64,000 bases of DNA. Origin: Pseudobdellovibrionaceae bacterium. Lineage in GTDB: Bacteria > Bdellovibrionota > Bdellovibrionia > Bdellovibrionales > Bdellovibrionaceae. Shown piece by piece: positions 1 to 7,747 of the stretch (positions are counted from its first letter, which is position 1; each line of letters starts with the position of its first letter). Position numbers and translations under genes: made by a program. The notes beneath the pieces were generated by a model that made no database searches, was not told where the DNA came from, and saw nothing but the letters and a program-made list of their open reading frames with translations. The stretch spans positions 1 through 64,000 of the forward strand of contig JBDHWW010000017.1 in assembly GCA_039810425.1 (NCBI GenBank). The letters run 5' to 3'.

Positions 1-124
1 TGGAAACTTAGGAATGATCAAAAACTCAGTGTGGAATCAGGTCCTTTGTCTAGCAAACTTGTGGGTAATAGTAAGAGTATTCCTCAGGGGGGTGTTTTTT
101 ATTTAATTTTTTAAGGAGTTTTAT

Positions 125-367
125 ATGACCCGAATAGATAAAGAAAGATGGTCAAGAATTGATAGGCTTATGGGAATAGTGCTTGGAGATAAGCACGAAT
201 TAACAGACGGAGAAATTTTTTTTCTAAGTGGCAAGTTATACTCTGCTTTGAGTGATGAGCCTAACATCACAGATGAAAAGTTGTGGAAAGAAGGAATTAA
301 GCTCGCCATAGAGGGAGAAATTAAATGTGTTCGACGAAAATATAACGCCTACAAGTTCAGGCGGTAG
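125..367 (+). CDS. Hypothetical protein, 80 aa
   Basis: AAGGAG RBS upstream; followed by a GC-rich hairpin at 359-388. Confidence 0.55.
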   Translation: MTRIDKERWSRIDRLMGIVLGDKHELTDGEIFFLSGKLYSALSDEPNITDEKLWKEGIKLAIEGEIKCVRRKYNAYKFRR

Positions 368-391
368 GCCCCGAAGGGCCTCCGCCTTTTC

Positions 392-652
392 TCAAGACGC
401 TTTGAAAATATCATCGTCGTCGTCATCTACGTTCTTGTAGATGTTTATAACCTTCTCGGCATGGTCTTCATAGTTAGAATACGAAGCCGTTTTCCCGTTC
501 TTCGTGAACCGAATTTCACTTTTCTTAACCATCGTGATTTTATACAGAAAGTAATTTATCAAAAACACTTTCGTTAATCCCACGAAGGCAATCAAGAGGG
601 ACACCCTGAACGCTATATCCGAGACTTTTTCCAAGATATATTGATAGTCCAT
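392..652 (-). CDS. Small single-TM membrane protein with acidic tail, 86 aa (paralog of 7458-7718)
   Basis: Start set at MDYQ from the GAAGGAG RBS and alignment with the unit-2 copy; hydrophobic segment VSLLIAFVGLTKVFLINYFLY; C-terminus DDDDDDIFKAS. Confidence 0.7.
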   Translation of the reverse strand: MDYQYILEKVSDIAFRVSLLIAFVGLTKVFLINYFLYKITMVKKSEIRFTKNGKTASYSNYEDHAEKVINIYKNVDDDDDDIFKAS

Positions 653-656
653 AATC

Positions 657-767
657 TTACGCTCCTTCCCAGATATACTCACCGTTAGTAAAAATGGTGA
701 GGACACTGATTTTTAGTTGTTTCCTAACCTTGCGGTAAAAGAAAAACTGCGATTTTACTGTTCTCAT
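657..767 (-). CDS. Small ORF, 36 aa (MRTVKSQFFFYRKVRKQLKISVLTIFTNGEYIWEGA), not in the ORF track
   Basis: Translated by hand; GGAGGT RBS 4 nt before ATG; stop lies just before the next gene's start; absent from unit 2. Confidence 0.5.
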   Translation of the reverse strand: MRTVKSQFFFYRKVRKQLKISVLTIFTNGEYIWEGA

Positions 768-797
768 AACCACCTCCAAAAAAGGGCGGGGGCCCTT

Positions 798-992
798 TTA
801 GGCCCCCCGTTTTTGGTATTTGCGACTGATGACGGCATCTAAGAATTTCTTAGAAAAGAACATCACCGTTTTATGGTTCAGGAAAACCATCACGGTATTC
901 CCTTTCTTCGAGAGACGCACTTTCATCGGTTCTACGATTGTAAGCTCGTCTTTGTATTGACCCGCTTTGGGTTGAGTAGCTTTTTTCTTCAT
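798..992 (-). CDS. Small basic hypothetical protein, 64 aa (paralog of 7748-7942)
   Basis: GGAGG RBS; near-identical protein in unit 2. Confidence 0.75.
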   Translation of the reverse strand: MKKKATQPKAGQYKDELTIVEPMKVRLSKKGNTVMVFLNHKTVMFFSKKFLDAVISRKYQKRGA

Positions 993-1235
993 AAAAACCT
1001 CCTCGGTTTCGTTGTTGAGCCACTACGTTCACAAGTTCTTTGTGTAGTGGCGACAGACAAACGCCCCACAAGTTTAGGGAAAATAAAAAAATCAAATGAA
1101 CTAAGGCGGACAAAACCGTGCCAAGTAATCTTGGTCATGAGTTTTCGTTGAAGCCGTAAGAACAAAACTTTTCAGGAACTTTGGTGGTATTCAGGAGGTT
1201 TTCAGAAAAAAGAGAATCAAATCCATTTAAGGGGA

Positions 1236-2285
1236 ATGAAAAAGACCAAGCGAAAATCAAGAATGGAAATGACTCATGTGGATTGGCTGACCGTGTATGG
1301 TGTGGGAAGCGGAAAACGAGGGGCAGAACTTCTAAAAATTCTCAGAGATAAAATCGGAGTAAAACCAAATGAAAAGACCTACGCAGGTTTTGGAGGTGGT
1401 TGGTTCTTTGAGCAGTTCATTGACCGAGGGTTTAGGCTTTCAACGAATGATGAGGGGTCGGCAAAAGTTGAGCTTCAAGGGCTATTCTGGACGGGAGCCG
1501 TGGCAAATCCCTTTGACGAGTTTTTGGATATAGCAGGAAAGATCCGAACGATTGAAGGCATGAAGTGGAAGCTAACGAGAGTGGATATTGCCACCGATAT
1601 TTTTGGCCTACCCTTGGCGGAGGCTTTTCCCAACCCAAAATCCAAGCGGTATGAGTGAGGCTTTGCGTTCAATTATCACGAACACCAAACGAAGACCCGA
1701 AGCGGTGAGATGCTATTCACAGGCTACACGATACACCGCCAACGGTGGAGCCTAACGGTCTATGATAAACGAGTGGAAATCACGGACGGAAACCCTCACC
1801 CGATTAAGCAATCTTATTTTGAGACACTGGCAGAAAAGGACGAACCGATTACCCGTGTTGAATTGCGGGTCAAGAGTGCTGAGGCTCTGGTCGCCGTTCA
1901 GGGAGCCTTACAGACCGTCTGTAAGGAATCTGCCTTCTGTGAGGCCATTCTCAAGCATTGGGGCGATTATCACCGTATAAAGACCAAGGGAGGCCAAGAC
2001 GAGGCCCGTTTCCGTGGTCTGTTCCGTGAGTTTGAACCCACGACCTTTGAACGTCCCAAGAAGGAAAAACTGAACCGTCTTTTTGACGATTTTAAGGAAG
2101 TGAAAATCAGGGACATGATTCGGGATTTTATCAGATACGGCATCAATGAAAACCAGACCGTCGAAGACCTCACCCGTATTTTTCAAGAACAAATAGAATG
2201 GCTCAAAGAAACGGGGGAAATTGTTGAGGCTCAAAACCAGCCCCAAGGACAGAAACCCGAGGGCGACCGTAAGGGAAGCCCGTAG
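1236..2285 (+). pseudogene. Rolling-circle replication initiator (Rep_trans-like) interrupted by one in-frame TGA
   Basis: ORFs 1236-1658 and 1710-2285 are in one frame; TGA at 1656-1658 replaces TGG (Trp) of the intact paralog 8185-9234; both span 1050 nt. Confidence 0.85.
1907..1925. repeat. Element palindrome variant CTTACAGAC-C-GTCTGTAAG inside rep
   Basis: Read directly; one extra central base relative to the 18-mer. Confidence 0.85.
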
Positions 2286-2347
2286 GGTTTATGGCCTGTG
2301 GTCGCACTGTTCTATCAGGTGCGAGAGCCGTAGGCTCGGGGGGCCAT
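2253..2347. other. Conserved hairpin cluster at the end of rep; candidate double-strand origin or nick site
   Basis: TCGCACTG-TTCTAT-CAGGTGCGA followed by GAGCC-GTA-GGCTC; equivalent at 9203-9294 with compensatory changes. Confidence 0.5.
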
Positions 2348-2445
2348 TTTAATTATCTTTTTTTTCGTCGATGCCCTTTCCATTTATTTTTTAAGAACCC
2401 ACGAGGTCGTGAGTTCAAAAACAATAAATGCCGAAGGAGGCCGTT

Positions 2446-2736
2446 ATGAAAATGTTTATGTTAGTTGAGGTGATTCTCTCTAAAAAATCAGTGAATCCAG
2501 AGACAGGTAAAGTCGTTTACCAATCCTTTTTTAACAACGCTAAAAAAGTGATGGGTGAAGATGGGAAAGAGGGATTTTTGCCAGACACAGGCAAGGTGAA
2601 ATTCGACCAACCGCTTGCGAAAGGTTGGCACCTGTTGATGGTGAAGATTTCCACCTATCAAGGTCAGGTTTTTTATACGGGTCTAAAAGAAATTAAAGAC
2701 CCAAAAATCATTCAAGCATTGAACGAGGGGGAATAA
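2446..2736 (+). CDS. 96-aa protein downstream of rep; putative ssDNA-binding (OB-fold-like) protein
   Basis: AAGGAGG RBS; nearly identical to 9382-9672. Size, beta-strand-like pattern and position after an RCR rep fit gene-V/HelP-like proteins (inference). Confidence 0.6.
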   Translation: MKMFMLVEVILSKKSVNPETGKVVYQSFFNNAKKVMGEDGKEGFLPDTGKVKFDQPLAKGWHLLMVKISTYQGQVFYTGLKEIKDPKIIQALNEGE

Positions 2737-3138
2737 ATGAAACGTCTTCGCCCAATGTTCAAAAAGTTGGAAGGGATTTTCTTAAAGAAAATCCCAGCCG
2801 ATGAAATCCAAGAAATCAGATACATGACCGAGTATCAGGTGAATTACTACGAGATGGTTGTGATTGAAAGACGGTGGCCTCTTTCAGTGAGAGAGGCCCT
2901 TGATTGTGTTGATTTTGTTGTTCTTCACGAGAGAGACCCCCGTTGTTATGAGTATTGGCCCCGTATGGCCGAGCTGTGTAAGCAAGCAATGGACTATCTC
3001 AAAGCCAATACTGGAATATGGGAAGATCCGATTTACGGTCAGGGATATTATGAAAGAGAAAAAGTAAAACCCCGCTATGAATTCAAACGTCAAATCCTTC
3101 GAGGCCATGCCGAGAGTTTAGGATTCGTGATTGTTTAA
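2737..3138 (+). CDS. Conserved element protein, 133 aa, function unknown
   Basis: Abuts the 96-aa gene (TAA ATG); paralog at 9673-10074. Confidence 0.75.
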   Translation: MKRLRPMFKKLEGIFLKKIPADEIQEIRYMTEYQVNYYEMVVIERRWPLSVREALDCVDFVVLHERDPRCYEYWPRMAELCKQAMDYLKANTGIWEDPIYGQGYYEREKVKPRYEFKRQILRGHAESLGFVIV

Positions 3139-3207
3139 CTTTATCAGCCGAGGTTTAAGCCAGTGGCCCGTTGATTATCTTAGGATACTCACGGGCCTTG
3201 GTTTTTT

Positions 3208-3225
3208 CTTACAGACGTCTGTAAG
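3208..3225. repeat. Element palindrome CTTACAGACGTCTGTAAG
   Basis: Perfect 18-bp palindrome, 2 nt beyond the VOC gene stop. Confidence 0.95.
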
Positions 3226-3227
3226 CT

Positions 3228-3608
3228 CTATTTCATTGAACTGAGGCCAAACATATTTCCCTCAGTGTCTTGGCATAAAGTTATCCAGCCAAATTTCCCG
3301 ATTGAGAATTTTGGTCTAATGACCTTCCCTCCAGCAGGAGCAATACGAGTTTCTTCTACGGAGCAATCTTCTACACTGAAATAGACCAAAGTGCCGCCAA
3401 CTCCAGCCCGAGCGTGGGAGGACTTCACAAGAGCACCACCAGCACCATAAGTCGCCATATCCGTAGGAAATGCCATCATTTGTGTCTCGCCTGTTGGGTC
3501 GCTGATATTTTCAAGCTTTTGTTTTAGAACGGTTTCATAGAATGAAACGGCTCGTCCCATATCATTTACATAAATGTCAAACCACCCAATCGCATTTGTT
3601 TTTGCCAT
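3228..3608 (-). CDS. VOC/glyoxalase-like family protein
   Basis: WFDIYVND...RAVSFY and GGKVIRPK.SIG..G....CQDTEGN.FGL patterns. Confidence 0.9.
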   Translation of the reverse strand: MAKTNAIGWFDIYVNDMGRAVSFYETVLKQKLENISDPTGETQMMAFPTDMATYGAGGALVKSSHARAGVGGTLVYFSVEDCSVEETRIAPAGGKVIRPKFSIGKFGWITLCQDTEGNMFGLSSMK

Positions 3609-3676
3609 AATGGACTCCTCTTTCTTGCTTCAAGAAATTCAGAGTAGCTTATGAGGTGCTTGGAGTATTGTATAAA

Positions 3677-4432
3677 TCAGACATCAAATTTTTTGGCGTA
3701 TTTTGTCGGTGTGTAGCCCATCATGTTGCGGAATGAATGAATAAAATGGGATTGGTCGGCGTAGTAAGCGAGATAGTCCTGTTTGAATGACTGTTGTATT
3801 CTTAGAACTTTGAGAAAGTCATGAGGGGAAAAGCCAGTTGTCTTCTTGAGTGTCCTTTGTAGTTGTCGGGATGACATCTTTGTAAGTGCCGCCATATCAG
3901 ATACGGCGTGGATATCATCGAGGTTTGTAAGAATTTGAGCAGTTATGGGATTGGGTACCACTAATTTTTTGGTGATTAAGTTTTCTATGAGTTTTGATAA
4001 GACAACTTGTTTGGAGACAAATGTATCCAAGTTAGAAAGCTCGCTATTCGTTTGAATGAGGGGTAATTTTCCAGAGTAGGATTTATCTACTAAACCTTTG
4101 ATGATTTCGTCGGGGTTTCCTCGCCATACTCCAGGGAGCAGTTGAATCCCCACATAGTGAAATACTTTGCCCAGATTGAGTTCTTTGGCCGTTGTGTTTA
4201 AGGCTGTGATTGCCGCTACCATTGGGTCAAGTTGATTGAACAAGATATTGACGCAAGCATCAGGCAGAACATGATAGCGAAAATCATCAGAGAGTGGAGT
4301 TTTAGTTTTAAGTTCCCAGAAGCAATGAACCAAATCGTGTAAATGGCTTGGTGGTTTTGTTTCTGTGTATGATACAGAGCGAGCCGATTTTTCTATACCG
4401 TCTTTGACTGGGTTGTATGTTATCTTTTTCAT
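3677..4432 (-). CDS. AraC-family transcriptional regulator
   Basis: N-terminal VLPDAC; C-terminal SSRQLQR...TGFSP and YADQSHFIHSFRNMMGYTP HTH motifs. Confidence 0.9.
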   Translation of the reverse strand: MKKITYNPVKDGIEKSARSVSYTETKPPSHLHDLVHCFWELKTKTPLSDDFRYHVLPDACVNILFNQLDPMVAAITALNTTAKELNLGKVFHYVGIQLLPGVWRGNPDEIIKGLVDKSYSGKLPLIQTNSELSNLDTFVSKQVVLSKLIENLITKKLVVPNPITAQILTNLDDIHAVSDMAALTKMSSRQLQRTLKKTTGFSPHDFLKVLRIQQSFKQDYLAYYADQSHFIHSFRNMMGYTPTKYAKKFDV

Positions 4433-4449
4433 AAAACGGTCGGCCTTCC

Positions 4450-4467
4450 CTTATAGACGTCTGTAAG
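4450..4467. repeat. Element palindrome (1 mismatch) CTTATAGACGTCTGTAAG
   Basis: Lies between the HEPN stop (4471) and the AraC start (4432). Confidence 0.9.
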
Positions 4468-4470
4468 GAT

Positions 4471-4881
4471 TTAGGCTGATGTGTGGGTCTTGGCCCAATT
4501 CGCAATGTTCTGGGCCACTTTCAAAGAGGCTTCAATTTCTTCTTTGGTGAGAGGAGTGTCCCCCTCGTGGTAACGACGGACCGAAGCGAAGGGATTTAAT
4601 TCCATAAGTCCAAAACCCTCGGCAGGCATTTTTTCGTCTGGCAAGAGGGCAACCAGAACACCCAAGTCGTGAAGTAGTGGGAACGCAATTTCAAGGTGAA
4701 CCAGCACAGACTTGATGTATTTCTCAACGGCCTGTTGAGCGAGAAAAACAATGTTTTCAGGTCGTCCGCCATCACTGACTTTGGAAAGCGTTTTCGCAGA
4801 GGCCAAATCACCATCCGCAATTCTTAAAAGTTCTTTGGCGTATTTTTTTTGAAAAAGTTGTTTTTTTAGATTTCTCGTCAT
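4471..4881 (-). CDS. HEPN domain protein (PF05168-type), partner of MNT
   Basis: FLAQQAVEKYIKS..., HDLGVL and RRY motifs; ATGA overlap with the MNT stop. Confidence 0.85.
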   Translation of the reverse strand: MTRNLKKQLFQKKYAKELLRIADGDLASAKTLSKVSDGGRPENIVFLAQQAVEKYIKSVLVHLEIAFPLLHDLGVLVALLPDEKMPAEGFGLMELNPFASVRRYHEGDTPLTKEEIEASLKVAQNIANWAKTHTSA

Positions 4882-5228
4882 CGCAATTTCATTCCATTGT
4901 GAAAAGCGACGAAGCAAACGCCGCCAAAGTTTTTCCGTTCGTCAAAGGACTCTTTAGTTTTGAAAATCCAATCAATGGCAATATCGGTAAAGCGACGAGT
5001 GTAAACTTCTTTTTGAAGTTGTTTGATAGAGGCTTGGTCTTTGACGACGACAACAAAATCCAAGTCCGAGTCAGCCGTAAAGTTTCCGTAAACAGCGGAG
5101 CCAAAAAGATAGGCTTCCAAAATCAAATCTTGAGAAGGAATGGAGTTCAAAACCTCAACGGCTTTTTGTTGAGCCCATTTATTCATTTCTGGGTCGTGGA
5201 TCATTTTTAATAAACCCATTTTGGCCAC
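4878..5228 (-). CDS. Minimal nucleotidyltransferase (MNT), putative antitoxin
   Basis: YLFGSAVYGNFTADSDLDFVVV (GS-x10-DxD motif). Confidence 0.9.
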   Translation of the reverse strand: MAKMGLLKMIHDPEMNKWAQQKAVEVLNSIPSQDLILEAYLFGSAVYGNFTADSDLDFVVVVKDQASIKQLQKEVYTRRFTDIAIDWIFKTKESFDERKNFGGVCFVAFHNGMKLR

Positions 5229-5237
5229 CTCTCTTTT

Positions 5238-5255
5238 CTTACAGACGTCTGTAAG
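5238..5255. repeat. Element palindrome (extends to a 26-bp perfect palindrome, 5234-5259)
   Basis: TTTTCTTACAGACGTCTGTAAGAAAA between the tRNA fragment and the MNT start. Confidence 0.95.
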
Positions 5256-5262
5256 AAAAAAA

Positions 5263-5308
5263 TGGTGACTCCACCAAGAATCGAACTTGGAACCCCGTCC
5301 TTAGAAGG
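5263..5308 (-). pseudogene. 3' half of an element-type tRNA-Arg(TCT); att junction
   Basis: Matches 13665-13710 except at 2 nt in the anticodon stem (GGACG vs GGTAG); homology ends at the core CTTAGAAGG. Confidence 0.9.
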
Positions 5309-5448
5309 TCTCGGGCTTATCCACCGGGACTAATTTCTATTGTGATTTCGAGGGGTTGTCAAATGGCGACGGAGCCCAGACGTAGGGCGGTAATAAGATT
5401 TTGAATTATGACTTTGAGCTAATTTCCGAATGGTGAGAGTTGGCGGGA

Positions 5449-6549
5449 ATGACCAAACTCTCGCAGTTGGATAGAATGGTGGGGATGTCTTGTACGATTA
5501 GAGTCACCGCACATGAGGAAATGGAAATCACCCTGAACCGTTGGGCTCAGGTTTTGGATGTTCTTGATAAAGAACGAAAACTGGCTGGCGAACGCCGCCA
5601 CTTGAAGGGCTACCAAGTCCGACAAAAAGAATTGCTCAAAGCAGAAATGAAAAACGCCCGGGGTGGTGAATCCGAGGCAATTAAATCTGTCCGCAAAAAA
5701 CTCTACACTCCACTCGATTACTTCGTCGTTTACCTGAATGAAAAATGGGACATGGCTTTTGAGACGTATCAAGTTTTGGAATTTATATTTCGGGCCTCGC
5801 TAGAAAGCCACGAGCGGGACTTGTTTGACTACGGCCAAAAACGCTACGCCTCTGCGTTGAAGACTGTAAAAGGAACGGCCAAGCAAAAATATGAACAGAT
5901 TTTATTTTTGACTCAGAAATTTTCACAGGAAAGTTTCTTTGGTCTCGATGACCTTTTCCCGACGAAAACAGAGTATGTGAACGACTTGAACAAAGAACTG
6001 CGGGGACATATTGCCCGCATTCAGACGCTCCAACAGCAGTTGGAAAAAGAAGAAGACAAAAATTCTCCGCTCCATGCCGTCGTCCAAGAGTTAAGGAAAA
6101 CCGCACGGGGTTTGGAGTCTTGGGCTTTCGGTCGTGTCTTGGGGCAAGAGCAAAACAGAGGCTTTCTTTCGTTTCGTGATGGTCAGATTGTGATGGACCA
6201 TAAGAACTTTCTTTATTTTAAAATTTATATTCTGGTTTTCATGGGAACGTATGGGGAATTCGCTCATCGAGTTTTTCCCGACAGAAATAATTTAGTCTGC
6301 CAACTGGCGGAGAAAAAATTGAAGTTTGAATCAGGACGGCATTTCGACGACTTCATCACGCCTCGTTTTTTGAGCGGTCGTGAACGGTTTGCCGACCAAG
6401 ATAGAGATGTCGAAAATATCCCGCAGGAGCGTGGATTTTTAGACGATGAGCTTTTGACTTATATTGTTGAGCAAAACAGCGAGCTTTTAATGAAAGGTGA
6501 ACTTCCATTTCACCTTGTAAAACGAATTAAAGGCAAACGACCGGCTTAA
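5449..6549 (+). CDS. Hypothetical protein, ~366 aa, helical/coiled-coil rich
   Basis: Long ORF; no family recognised. Confidence 0.7.
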   Translation: MTKLSQLDRMVGMSCTIRVTAHEEMEITLNRWAQVLDVLDKERKLAGERRHLKGYQVRQKELLKAEMKNARGGESEAIKSVRKKLYTPLDYFVVYLNEKWDMAFETYQVLEFIFRASLESHERDLFDYGQKRYASALKTVKGTAKQKYEQILFLTQKFSQESFFGLDDLFPTKTEYVNDLNKELRGHIARIQTLQQQLEKEEDKNSPLHAVVQELRKTARGLESWAFGRVLGQEQNRGFLSFRDGQIVMDHKNFLYFKIYILVFMGTYGEFAHRVFPDRNNLVCQLAEKKLKFESGRHFDDFITPRFLSGRERFADQDRDVENIPQERGFLDDELLTYIVEQNSELLMKGELPFHLVKRIKGKRPA

Positions 6550-6725
6550 GAAGCCCTTCCGATTTTCTCACTTCTTTAAATAATTCATTTACTTACAGAC
6601 CGCCTGCGAGAGTTGGCGAGTCATGTCTAATTCTCACCGATTTTAAGTTCCTCCCGTCGGCTCCTTTATTCTGGGGGAGATTTAACAGCACGACGAGCAA
6701 CATAACAACCCCCATAGGAGGAACC

Positions 6726-7409
6726 ATGGGTAAACAAGTAAAGGCTAGCGGGTCCTTAAAACCCGCACAGGCAAAAGTGGCCCTGTCCAAAACCACTTAT
6801 CACCCTCTTATCAATCAAGCGGTGTTGAAAGCTGTTTCCAAAACAGTCACCGCCATTGATAAGGTTTTGATTGGGGAAAGAAAATTGTCCGTCAATCTTG
6901 GCAGTCTGCTTGCCAAATTGAAAGGCGAGTTCTCAACTCACTTGAAAAAAACCGGCAAATCTCCAAGTGATTTTCAAGTCAAAACCGCATTCCATAATTT
7001 TGTCCAAATTAGGTTCAAGATTGGAGAGAGCCGGACCAATGAGTATATGAAATTGGCGGAGCGGGAGGACTTACACCGCTTGGGCCTGCCAACCTCGGTG
7101 CTCATTGAGCTTGCCCGCCTTGAACCGGACGCTCTTAAAGAGTTCAAGAAAAAGCACCCCACGGCGGAACTTAAAAAGTTATCGTTCAAAACGGTGCGGA
7201 AACTTATCCGTGGTGACAATGAAAACAAACGGAATAAGACCATCAAGAGTGAGGACCGAAAAGAAACCCCACAGTTGATTGCGGAAAAGCTGAAATCCAC
7301 TTTTGAAATTGTTCGGGACAAGTTTGAGGACGAACCGGAGATTGATAAAGAGATTTATTCCGTGATTGGTGAAATGTCCAAATGGCTCATTGATAAAAAG
7401 GCGGCTTAA
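6726..7409 (+). CDS. Basic DNA-binding protein, DUF3102-like HTH
   Basis: AGGAGG RBS; LGSLLAKLK...FHNFVQIRFKIGESRTNEYMKLA resembles the DUF3102 pattern (by eye). Confidence 0.55.
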   Translation: MGKQVKASGSLKPAQAKVALSKTTYHPLINQAVLKAVSKTVTAIDKVLIGERKLSVNLGSLLAKLKGEFSTHLKKTGKSPSDFQVKTAFHNFVQIRFKIGESRTNEYMKLAEREDLHRLGLPTSVLIELARLEPDALKEFKKKHPTAELKKLSFKTVRKLIRGDNENKRNKTIKSEDRKETPQLIAEKLKSTFEIVRDKFEDEPEIDKEIYSVIGEMSKWLIDKKAA

Positions 7410-7421
7410 CTGCTCCTTTGG

Positions 7422-7456
7422 AACCCCCTGAGTATTCCTCAGGGGGTTTATTTTTT
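7422..7456. terminator. Intrinsic terminator between convergent genes
   Basis: AACCCCCTGAG-TATTC-CTCAGGGGGTT followed by a T-rich tract. Confidence 0.75.
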
Positions 7457-7457
7457 C

Positions 7458-7718
7458 TTAGGACGCTTTGAAAACATCATCGTCGTCAGCATCCACATTC
7501 CGATAAATGTTAATCACTTTTTCGGCGTTGTCTTCGTAGTTAGAATACGACGCTGATTTTCCGTTTTTGGAAAAACGGATTTCTGATTTTTTCGCCACAG
7601 TGATTTTATAGAGAAAATACTGAGTTAAAAAAATCTTTAAAACACCAACGACCGAGACCAAGATGGCTGAGTGCCAGATAACCGTCGATAAGTTTTCAAC
7701 GACAAATTTATAGTCCAT
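7458..7718 (-). CDS. Small single-TM membrane protein, 86 aa
   Basis: GGAGGT RBS; paralog of 392-652. Confidence 0.75.
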   Translation of the reverse strand: MDYKFVVENLSTVIWHSAILVSVVGVLKIFLTQYFLYKITVAKKSEIRFSKNGKSASYSNYEDNAEKVINIYRNVDADDDDVFKAS

Positions 7719-7747
7719 ACCTACCTCCAAAAAAAGGGCGGGAGCCC

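Larger units (their letters stand above)
1..5299. mobile_element. Left (probably older) copy of the tandem integrative rolling-circle element, unit 1; runs off the left edge
   Basis: Same gene order as 7458-13664 (86-aa TM gene, 64-aa gene, rep, 96-aa, 133-aa, cargo, HEPN, MNT, tRNA 3' half). Bounded on the right by the tRNA 3'-half fragment and the core CTTAGAAGG at 5300-5308. Confidence 0.8.

Noticed and set aside
1656..1658. TGA recoding (Trp or selenocysteine) in rep
   Set aside because: TGA terminates many ordinary genes in this window, and the paralog has TGG; a point mutation is simpler.
3165..3197. TATCTTAGGATA / TATCTTATGATA hairpin (also 10102-10134) as a pC194-type nick site
   Set aside because: It only loosely resembles CTTGATA and the Rep is not of the HUH/Rep_1 type. 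The conserved hairpin more likely acts as a terminator or boundary after the 133-aa gene.
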